Positions 22,232 to 32,716 of a stretch of 32,716 bases of DNA are shown here, piece by piece (the stretch's first letter is position 1; every line of letters begins with the position of its first letter). A model generated the notes under the pieces. It was not told the origin of the DNA. It saw only the letters and a list, made by a program, of their open reading frames with translations, and ran no database searches. Source of the stretch: Octopus bimaculoides (taxonomy: Eukaryota); NCBI RefSeq assembly GCF_001194135.2, contig NC_068990.1, forward strand, positions 28,466,891 through 28,499,606, in the 5' to 3' direction. The position numbers and the translations under genes are program-made.

Positions 22232-23051
22232 GGGGGGGGTATGTATACACATGTGCCTACATATATCTGCGCCTGTATGTACGAGTGCGTGTGTGTGAAT
22301 GTGTGTGTGCGCGTGCGAATTTACGTATGCATATATGTGAATGATTTCATTCCTCTCTAATTGTTCGGGATATTTCCATTTCAATTACGTCAGATTCTTA
22401 TTGTTACATTTCTCAAGTCCCTACCGGCGTATATTTTGTTGTAATTGTCTCGATAATGAGAAATATTCTTAAACCGAACAGGAGATTGTTTATATAAATG
22501 CTTCTTGCTCTATCTGTTTCTTTCATAACATTTGGTGGATATTTGGCATCTGAACATCTATGTAACCCAGTATCATATTTAAATATCATTTAATAGTTAT
22601 GTGTTTCAGTATGTGTGTGTAAGTCAGTCTTCTAGCGTTATACGTGAAAATATATTTCCCTTTTATAGCATATTAATATATCGCATTAATATTCAGTACT
22701 TCACATTATTGATATCGCATTGATATGAAAAATATATCATGCATTGTTAGGTATGGCAGGATATTGACATTTTACGCAAAATTCATAGTCCGCTGTGGGG
22801 TGCAAGTGAAACTGTAAAATCGCTTTTTGGATTTTACTATTCAAAAAATACACGATAACAATAATAAAAATATATCATAGAATATATGATGGCACTATAT
22901 GATAGTAATATATATTAGAATATATAGCAAGATGTAATAAAATGTATATAATACATATATCTGGTGACGATATATAATAAAATTATGATAAGATATATGA
23001 CAAATTAACATTGTAATGATGATAATTATTAACAATATAAATACATAAATC

Positions 23052-23091
<40 letters not shown>

Positions 23092-23412
23092 GACACATAT
23101 AAATTCACATGAATACGTATGTTAATATATACGTTTGTTAATATATAAAATAATAACAAAGGCAATTTTAAATTAAATTGAAAGATTATTCAAAACTATA
23201 CTTTTTGTGTTGCTGTTGACTTCGAAGTTACAGCCTGTTTAGCCTCTTTCGGGTAAATGAAGTTGTCTGATAGTGAAGCCTTCGACGTCACTCTCAACAC
23301 TATTCTTGTCAAAGAATTCCACGTACATATATACACATGTATATATGTGTGTGTTTATATACGTGTGTGAGTGTATATATGTGTGTATATATATACATAT
23401 ATACATACATGC

Positions 23413-23491
<79 letters not shown>

Positions 23492-23582
23492 TACAAACAT
23501 TTATACATATATATATACATGTATACATACATATATACATATATATACGCTCTCTATTTACATATATATATACATAGAGAGA

Positions 23583-24180
23583 GAGGGGGTGATGGATTAA
23601 TTTTCGCCACTTTGTATTTTTAATTTCACGCATGCACATTGATTCTTTTTGAATTTGTTGACTACAAAATATAGTAGGGTCGTTTGGGCACCGTCTCTGA
23701 AAAAACCAGCACCGTGAAATGGCAGAAATTTGGAACACACTATGTCTGACAACAGGATTATGCACCATGTTACACAAGCAGGAGAACCCAGTCATGGTTA
23801 TTAGACAATTTCTGCGACCACATGACACCTAAAATCTGGCCATATTATTCCCCAGACTCCAATCCCCTTGATTATTATGTGTGGGGCGCAGTTGAGTGAG
23901 AGACCAACAAAACTCTTTGTGACACAAACGATGAACTGGAGAAAAAACTTATGGCTGCATTCACCACCTTTAACAGGAAGACCGTCCAGAATAGTTGCAG
24001 GAGATACCGAGGTCGTCCGGAGGCTTTGGTTGAAGCTAATGGCGATTTTATTGAACAAATTTACTCTTTAGGATTACAAGGTATTCTTATGTAATTTTGG
24101 TAAATATATCTGTTAAAATGATATGTCAGTGTTATTTTGATTTTAGCCTAATTTAGACAATTTATTCACCGCAGCACCTC
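23583..24180 (+). mobile_element. Internally deleted Tc1/mariner element of the DD37D (maT) family, copy 1
   Basis: 23741-24070 reads [55 protein letters not shown]...EANGDFIEQIYS, with exactly 37 residues between D (23756) and D (23870). The 5' ~130 bp and the 3' end (GACAATTTATTCACCG) match copy 2. Confidence 0.9.
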
Positions 24181-24870
24181 CCTCTCTCACCCTCTCTCTC
24201 TCTCTTTCTGTCCCTCTCTCGATATATATATGTATAAATACAGATAAGATAACATAATGCAAAATCGAATTGTCACCAGCGATGTGTAACAACATCCGAT
24301 AGCCTGGTCAGTCACGTGATCACGTGATATGTATATATGTATGTATGAATGTATATGTATATATATATATATATATNNNNNNNNNNNNNNNNNNNNNNNN
24401 NNNNNNNNNNNNNNNNNNNNNNNNNNNNNNNNNNNNNNNNNNNNNNNNNNNNNNNNNNNNNNNNNNNNNNNNNNNNNNNNNNNNNNNNNNNNNNNNNNNN
24501 NNNNNNNNNNNNNNNNNNNNNNNNNNNNNNNNNNNNNNNNNNNNNNNNNNNNNNNNNNNNNNNNNNNNNNNNNNNNNNNNNNNNNNNNNNNNNNNNNNNN
24601 NNNNNNNNNNNNNNNNNNNNNNNNNNNNNNNNNNNNNNNNNNNNNNNNNNNNNNNNNNNNNNNNNNNNNNNNNNNNNNNNNNNNNNNNNNNNNNNNNNNN
24701 NNNNNNNNNNNNNNNNNNNNNNNNNNNNNNNNNNNNNNNNNNNNNNNNNNNNNNNNNNNNNNNNNNNNNNNNNNNNNNNNNNNNNNNNNNNNNNNNNNNN
24801 NNNNNNNNNNNNNNNNNNNNNNNNNNNNNNNNNNNNNNNNNNNNNNNNNNNNNNNNNNNNNNNNNNNNNN

Positions 24871-24914
<44 letters not shown>

Positions 24915-26854
24915 TATACCATACATATATATATATATATATATGTGTGTTTGTTTGTGTCTGTGTACGCACATGTATATATACATATTTATACCATATA
25001 TAGATAGATAGATATACGTATATATATTTACATATAAACATGCATATAGAAACAGAAGGAAGGAAGAAGATAGAGAGAGAGAGATGGAGGGAGGCAAATG
25101 TATTATGTATTCGTGTATTTAAGTTTACAGGCATTGTATTGCTATTGCATAATAGCTTTGAGATTATAATCTCAATATCTTCGATAATCTATATATTGAC
25201 ATCTCAAATGTTTGTTCTTGAAATGTTCTAATGCTGCTGCTTCTGTTACAACCGCACCGCCCCCAACTATTACTATTACTCCTGATAAAACAATTCTGTA
25301 CAGAACTCTGACCATAAATTGGTACTTTGTCGGTCAACAGAACATGCTTCAAGTAGATTTGTGCGATATACTCATGAAGATTACTCTTGCGCTTGCCACA
25401 GAAATGAAGTTGTTTCTGCCTGCAGACAAAGTTATGGGTTTCATTTTGAAATTGCATTTATCGTTACCTAAGTCCAAATCGACGCGTCGAAAAACGAGAC
25501 CATTATCTTAACCACGATGATTTCAATATGCAGACGACACATACGTATACAAATTCGATCATGTGGCCATAAAGGAATGGCTCATTTATCATAGTAATCA
25601 ACGATTTAATTTTACAGATGCATATCTCTGTGACCGCTGAGCCGTTCTCTACATGCGGCATCTCATGCAGGGCAGGTCAAATTTATATTAATATATTGGG
25701 AATCCATGCGTTAATTATATGATTAAAAGCATAAAAGCTAATATTGACAAATAAGCTTGTATAAACGAATAAAGCTGTTCAATATAATCAAGATACAGAA
25801 TGGCAGAATATGTTGGCTCCTGATATACGTTTGTTTATCAATGTGGAAATTTGTATGCATAAGAATCTATGCAGAAATGCCTACATGAGATATATATNNN
25901 NNNNNNNNNNNNNNNNNNNNNNNNNNNNNNNNNNNNNNNNNNNNNNNNNNNNNNNNNNNNNNNNNNNNNNNNNNNNNNNNNNNNNNNNNNNNNNNNNNNN
26001 NNNNNNNNNNNNNNNNNNNNNNNNNNNNNNNNNNNNNNNNNNNNNNNNNNNNNNNNNNNNNNNNNNNNNNNNNNNNNNNNNNNNNNNNNNNNNNNNNNNN
26101 NNNNNNNNNNNNNNNNNNNNNNNNNNNNNNNNNNNNNNNNNNNNNNNNNNNNNNNNNNNNNNNNNNNNNNNNNNNNNNNNNNNNNNNNNNNNNNNNNNNN
26201 NNNNNNNNNNNNNNNNNNNNNNNNNNNNNNNNNNNNNNNNNNNNNNNNNNNNNNNNNNNNNNNNNNNNNNNNNNNNNNNNNNNNNNNNNNNNNNNNNNNN
26301 NNNNNNNNNNNNNNNNNNNNNNNNNNNNNNNNNNNNNNNNNNNNNNNNNNNNNNNNNNNNNNNNNNNNNNNNNNNNNNNNNNNNNNNNNNNNNNNNNNNN
26401 NNNNNNNNNNNNNNNNNNNNNNNNNNNNNNNNNNNNNNNNNNNNNNNNNNNNNNNNNNNNNNNNNNNNNNNNNNNNNNNNNNNNNNNNNNNNNNNNNNNN
26501 NNNNNNNNNNNNNNNNNNNNNNNNNNNNNNNNNNNNNNNNNNNNNNNNNNNNNNNNNNNNNNNNNNNNNNNNNNNNNNNNNNNNNNNNNNNNNNNNNNNN
26601 NNNNNNNNNNNNNNNNNNNNNNNNNNNNNNNNNNNNNNNNNNNNNNNNNNNNNNNNNNNNNNNNNNNNNNNNNNNNNNNNNNNNNNNNNNNNNNNNNNNN
26701 NNNNNNNNNNNNNNNNNNNNNNNNNNNNNNNTATATATATATATATATATATCAAGCGAAATAGGTAGTTCGAATATTTCAATCAAAGAGGAAACTAGTA
26801 CCTATACTGAGAAGTGATGTTTGTCGCCACTTCAACATGGCTGTTCCGTCCATG

Positions 26855-26855
<1 letters not shown>

Positions 26856-26895
<40 letters not shown>

Positions 26896-26896
26896 T
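26856..26896. repeat. (GATA)n microsatellite
   Basis: Read directly. Confidence 0.95.
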
Positions 26897-27620
26897 AGAT
26901 GCAGAATTTCACATTCACACACACATATACATATACAGGGATGTGTATATGTAAATACATGCACCAGTATTCGCGCATATCTATATACATTTACACACAC
27001 TCCCTGTCTCACACACACACACACACACACAAACGCATATATATACATACGTGTGTCTGTGTGCTTATTAACGCAATTGATGAAGTAATTGAAGCATTTC
27101 CGACGTGGGATCGAACCCATGGTGCATGTGTATCTATTTTGATGTACCTGCGCATGCGTTCTTTAACTCTCTACTCTATATTTCTCTTACAGTATCTCTC
27201 AAACACAGCTACCCACGTATACGTAAATATATGCATACATACATACATACATACATACATACATACATACGAATGTGTGTATACATCAACGCATGCGTCT
27301 GTATGCCTCCGTGCATGTGTACCCCTGCTTTAAATAACATGATATATGTAGAAAATAGACCACATACAGATGATAGTGAATGGAATGTTTTGTTACATAT
27401 ACCCTTTTATGTGGAAACGATCGGCAGATAATTAGACGTTCAGCTAATGCGTGTCATTCATTGAGAGTGACTGAAATGTCAATTTCAAAACTTAAGTGGA
27501 TCGAAAAGATGCTTTCTTTGTATAGCTGAAAATATCAGACAGTTCTCTTGGTTCATATAATGTGGGACTTGTCACACATAACTATTGCAGATGAAGAAGA
27601 AAAAGAAAAGGGGGAAAAAC

Positions 27621-27764
27621 GAAGAAGAAGAAGAAGAAGAAGAAGAAGAAGAAGAAGAAGAAGAAGAAGAAGAAGAAGAAGAAGAAGAAGAAGAAGAAGA
27701 AGAAGAAGAAGAAGAAGAAGAAGAAGAAGAAGAAGAAGAAGAAGAAGAAGAAGAAGAAGAAGAA
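27621..27764. repeat. Perfect (GAA)48 trinucleotide repeat
   Basis: 144 bp read directly; it explains the poly-R/E/L/S ORFs. Confidence 0.97.
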
Positions 27765-27997
27765 AATGATGATAAGAAGGATGTCTCGGCAGGAGAAGAA
27801 AGTCGAGAATATGTATGCACAGACTTGAGTATATGAACAGACATTTATTTATAGAGATACACATTTCTCTATTGCACTCATACTTCATATATAGACAAAT
27901 GCACATGGACAGACGCACCACACGTGCAGAGATACATGAGTGCTCATAGATATATAAATTACATACATACCACCAATCCATATATATACCCCTATTT

Positions 27998-28042
<45 letters not shown>

Positions 28043-28447
28043 ACCCCCATACTTTGGGTATATATATCCCCATATTTTGTTTGCATATATATATATATAT
28101 ATANNNNNNNNNNNNNNNNNNNNNNNNNNNNNNNNNNNNNNNNNNNNNNNNNNNNNNNNNNNNNNNNNNNNNNNNNNNNNNNNNNNNNNNNNNNNNNNNN
28201 NNNNNNNNNNNNNNNNNNNNNNNNNNNNNNNNNNNNNNNNNNNNNNNNNNNNNNNNNNNNNNNNNNNNNNNNNNNNNNNNNNNNNNNNNNNNNNNNNNNN
28301 NNNNNNNNNNNNNNNNNNNNNNNNNNNNNNNNNNNNNNNNNNNNNNNNNNNNNNNNNNNNNNNNNNNNNNNNNNNNNNNNNNNNNNNNNNNNNNNNNNNN
28401 NNNNNNNNNNNNNNNNNNNNNNNNNNNNNNNNNNNNNNNNNNNNNNN

Positions 28448-29323
28448 CGGTGAATAAATTGTCGTCTAATTTATGCAGAAATGGAAATAACACTGATATC
28501 TCATTTTAACAGATATATTTACCAGAATTACTTTAAAATATCCTGAAACACTATAGAATAAATTTATTCAATAAAATCTCCATTGGCTTCAACCACAACC
28601 TCCAGATGACTTCGGAATATCCAGCAACTCTTCTGGACGGTCTCCTTGTTTGAGTTGGTGAATGCTGCTATAATCCTTACCTTCAGTTCATCTTTGGTGT
28701 TACAAGGAATTTTGTTGGTCACTCGCTCAGCTGCGCTCCACACATAATAATGAAGGAGGCTGAAGTCTGGGGAATTATGCCGCCAGATTGTAGGGGTGAT
28801 GTGTTCGCAGAAATTGTCTGACAACCATGTGTAGGCTCTTCTGCTTGTGCAGAGTCCTGTTGTCGGGCATAGTGAGTTCCAGCAGCCACCCTCTTGACTC
28901 AAGGCAGCACTACTACCGCTAAGCACTTGATGTAGGCTGCTACCTCATTGTATGTGAGGCCATGTGGGAAGGTTATTGGTGGCGTAATGTCGGCAGCACT
29001 AGAGATCACTCAAAATACAATGATGTCGATTTGGTGTTTGATTTTTATCACTCTTGGTACATATCCTCAGATTGCACTGTCCTCAGATTGACACCCAAAC
29101 ACTCTGAAGTGTTTTATATTGACGCTACCGGCGCGAATGCCAAGCAGTACAGCATATCGTTTCCGAATTTGTATCGGAGTGAATAGCATCACGATGCTGT
29201 TTTTCCCACAGATTGTGCCCGACCGAACCTGTTATTTTGTATAGTCGGCAAAATCAAAAACAAGCAATGCGCATGCGTGAAATTAAAAATATAAATGAGC
29301 GACAATTTACCCTGAGCAACCTG
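28448..29323 (-). mobile_element. Internally deleted DD37D (maT) Tc1/mariner element, copy 2
   Basis: The 5' end is TA|CAGGTTGCTCAGGGTAAATTGTCG (TA at 29324-25). Remnant translation: MLFTPIQIRKRYAVLLGIRAGS..., KIKHQIDIIVF*VISSAADITPPITFPHGL..AYIKCLAVVVLP*VKRVAAGTHYARQQDS / CTSRRAYTWLSDNF..IWRHNSPDFSLLHYYVW...EANGDFIE. The 3' end is ...GACAATTTATTCACCG at the gap edge. Confidence 0.9.
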
Positions 29324-29401
29324 TATATGAATACTAAAGGTGGTAATAATGAATAATGATAAGACAATAACAATATCAATATTACTCTTTTACTAAATGT
29401 A

Positions 29402-29590
29402 GTGAAGGCGCGTGGCTTAGCGGTTACGGCATTTGGCTCACGATCGCAAGGTCGTGAGTACAGTTCCCGACGACGCGTTGGCTCTAATCCACTCAGGTGT
29501 CAAAAATTAATTGTACCTCTATTTCATAGGGCCAACCTCGTTATATTCTGTGTCACGCTGATTCTCCTTGCACGTTAATTTCACGAGCAG
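29402..29590 (+). mobile_element. tRNA-derived SINE, type B, with internal deletions
   Basis: Head GTGAAGGCGCGTGGCTTAGCGGTT, then CCACTCAG..TTGTACCTCTATTTCATAGGGCC..CTGTGTCACGCTGA..TTGCACGTTAATTTCACGAGCAG (shared A/B tail). Confidence 0.78.
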
Positions 29591-30613
29591 TCAGAAAATT
29601 TTAGCCGGAAACTGTAATGATTTTTCGTTCTGATTGTAACCTAAGTGTGAGGTACTTCAGAACCCTACCCTGAAGAGGCTTCAAGCAATTGTAGGTAAAG
29701 AAAATGGATGGCTGGTTGAATGGACATTCAAAGTGTATGGTTGCGAACCCTGGAATTAAATTGTGTGTGTAGCTTCGAGTATTTTTCGCTGTTTACGAAA
29801 CTAATATTGAAATTTTACCGATAAATATTAGTAAAAATATTCAAAAATAAACTGACAAAAAATGGAATGAATAAATCTTAAGTAGAGAAGAAAAATACAA
29901 TTTTATATTAATTTCAAACATTCATATTGATATTTTCTACGAAGAAAATATTTTATTAAGAAAGCATATGATGATTATAATGAAGAAGGAGGGGAAAAAA
30001 TGAGGAAGAGGAGGGGGAGGAGGCTGAAGTTTTGTTATTTATTTGAAGCTCTAGTAGAAAGTTATGAAAATCACATACAAAATATTATCAANNNNNNNNN
30101 NNNNNNNNNNNNNNNNNNNNNNNNNNNNNNNNNNNNNNNNNNNNNNNNNNNNNNNNNNNNNNNNNNNNNNNNNNNNNNNNNNNNNNNNNNNNNNNNNNNN
30201 NNNNNNNNNNNNNNNNNNNNNNNNNNNNNNNNNNNNNNNNNNNNNNNNNNNNNNNNNNNNNNNNNNNNNNNNNNNNNNNNNNNNNNNNNNNNNNNNNNNN
30301 NNNNNNNNNNNNNNNNNNNNNNNNNNNNNNNNNNNNNNNNNNNNNNNNNNNNNNNNNNNNNNNNNNNNNNNNNNNNNNNNNNNNNNNNNNNNNNNNNNNN
30401 NNNNNNNNNNNNNNNNNNNNNNNNNNNNNNNNNNNNNNNNNNNNNNNNNNNNNNNNNNNNNNNNNNNNNNNNNNNNNNNNNNNNNNNNNNNNNNNNNNNN
30501 NNNNNNNNNNNNNNNNNNNNNNNNNNNNNNNNNNNNNNNNNNNNNNNNNNNNGTAGTTTACTATTTTATAACTTCTTGCATTGATTGTTCCGACTTTACA
30601 CAAGTACATGATT

Positions 30614-30648
<35 letters not shown>

Positions 30649-30659
30649 TGTGTTTTTTA

Positions 30660-30830
30660 ATACAATATTTCTATGAAGAGATGATTCAGGTCGAACCACG
30701 GCTTCCTACCACACAGCGACGCCTGCGCCTGTATAAACATTATTATACCTACATAGGAGACCCGACATTAAACCAGAGATCTCACAAACTTCACTCGAAT
30801 GCGCTGCCACTGAGATATAATACCAGCTAC
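30660..30830 (-). mobile_element. Possible old tRNA-derived SINE head
   Basis: The reverse complement has TATCTCAGTGGCAGCGC (A-box-like) and GGTTTAATGTC (weak B-box). No second copy occurs in the window. Confidence 0.3.
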
Positions 30831-32716
30831 AAAAGAATACATATTACACTATTCCCAACCTAACTGGAGCAGTAAGTCTTCTGCACGCACATAATTACAA
30901 CTCTAACCATTCTTCAAAATTGATTCACCGTGCTTAAAACACTAGTGCACATTCATACACCTTCCACTGGGGAAGAAGCCCTGATATACCTTTACTTCAC
31001 CTACTTGTCACCCTTCTTCATACCCTGCACATTTTCCCACAATAAAATTTCAACCAATGCTGTCGTCACGTGGTCTGCAATGCACAGGAATTGTTCCAGT
31101 CTACATTTTTTGTTGCCGAAATCCATTGTAAATTATGCCAAACCAGGAGATGAATCGCATCACTTTGTCCCTTATTTGCGTCCCTCTCAGCACCATTAAC
31201 AATTTTCCCAGATTAGAAGACACACTACAATATGTTTCGTATTATTCTGCTTCTCCGGAGCGTTCGTATGCTCGAGTATTACGTATTAACCTTCAATATG
31301 GAAAGCAATCAAAGATGGCGTCACAATCTTTAGCTAGCGTTATAAAACAACGTCGTGAAGAACTAGAAATTTATGTATCTCAATAGAAATAAGAAAATGT
31401 ATAAAAGCTACAATCACCATAAGTCCCGTTAGTATTATATAAATATCTTAACACCATATACTTTGAAAGATCCATTAATCATCGTCTTAGATAAATGCAT
31501 TGAACGGAAGAAGCACTACATCGAGTTTTATATTCAAACTTCTAATGCATTTTGTTGCATTAAAAAATAAATCTAAAAAATTATTGCGAGGATTCTTAGC
31601 TTTAAAGCATCGTTGATTTATTAACGGAAAGCAATAGAGAATGTTAAAATTGAAACGTAGTCATCTGATAGTTGGTTGGTTTGTTGATATATATCTATTG
31701 GTCAAGTAAAGTTTTGTTGTGTAAAAAAAGGAAAAAAAAGTTTATTGTCTTTTTATGTTTATTGCGGTTAAGATTGGTTTTTCTTAATATATAACAATTT
31801 TTAATGGTCATGTTTGCATATTTTTTATTGTCTTACTGTTTGACTGTAATACTTTTATGACAATATTGTGATTATTCGTTGCAAACATGACATTCCCATT
31901 TACGGTACATCCTCGTCCCTGATGAACACTATAGAAAAGCGCAAACCATCTGCTAGGTATCGAATAAATAAATAAACAGCTAAGATAAATATTATTGCAC
32001 AAATATCTAACTGCAGGAAATGAATAAAAACATTGTTGGCGTTTTAGGAAAAAGAAATTCATAACATTATAGACAACATGCTGGATAAGAACCTCACCAA
32101 CAGCTTTAACACAGATACAGGAACTTCGTCAAATAAACGAGTAGCTAATACAAATCAAAGATCATCTGTTACAATCATAATTTTAAAGACGAGGACCGTA
32201 GGCATTAATATGTGGCTAAACGGACGTGGCGTGACAATAGTCTGGTCATGAGTTTTGTGCTTTCCAGATAGTATCCCTTACTCAGAGAAAATAAATAATA
32301 CGTGTATGCCGTGCGACGGACAAAGGGCGCTTTTCTTGTAACATTCAAAATTCGAGTTAACCATGGAAGATAATAGATCGCAATCCCCTTCGTTCATAAA
32401 TGATATCTATATAGATATTTATATAATCATAAATATACAGGGATTAGCATTGAGTTGCTTCTCCAACATACTGAAAATTTAGAAATAGCAGTCAAAGAAC
32501 TACTGATTCTAAACTACAAATTTTTCTCTAAACGGATGGCGATATTTATCGCACATGTATATTTTATATTTGATACCTCTAAGTTAGATGGTTAAACCGT
32601 AATCCCTCCACACGGGACTTTTTTTCATACGCGACTATTTGTGACGCACATGGATTTCTTTGAGGTGGGATGCCTGAACTCACTAGCCGATGAATTCGTA
32701 AGTGCCTTTCTTATCG

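Noticed and set aside
27107-27118. Isolated Pol III B-box on the minus strand (GGGTTCGATCCC; another at ~16148-16156)
   Set aside because: No upstream A-box or SINE body is recognisable, so it is insufficient to call a feature.
27548-27844. Poly-Arg, poly-Glu, poly-Leu and poly-Ser ORFs
   Set aside because: All are frames of the (GAA)48 repeat. The same applies to poly-Ile/Leu ORFs over (AAT)n at 6299-6368 and 7547-7704.
29668-29700. CTGAAGA hammerhead-like core (also CTGATGA at 31919-31925)
   Set aside because: No stem II closed by a correctly placed GAAA, and no stem I/III pairing found.

Overview
AT-rich eukaryotic (metazoan) non-coding DNA from a gapped draft assembly. Ten N-gaps total about 4.8 kb, most opening or closing in a microsatellite. 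The repeat families resemble those I recall from octopus/coleoid cephalopod genomes (recall, not a database search). I recognise no host protein-coding gene, and most ORF-track entries are microsatellite or N-run artefacts. Manual translation shows a landscape of mobile-element relics. These are: a Penelope-like GIY-YIG endonuclease domain; two different R4/Dong-type restriction-like-endonuclease (RLE) LINE families sitting in (TAA)n and (CATA)n microsatellites and sharing one 3' terminal motif; a CR1/L2-group LINE 3' end whose tail matches a SINE tail; four tRNA-derived SINE types, two of which share a 3' module; a mariner with an internal inversion; and two oppositely oriented, internally deleted DD37D (maT) Tc1/mariner copies. 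The most novel-looking signal is the microsatellite-targeting RLE LINE pair. There is no rRNA, true tRNA, CRISPR array or prokaryotic system. A few weak splice-site or exon candidates are reported at low confidence.
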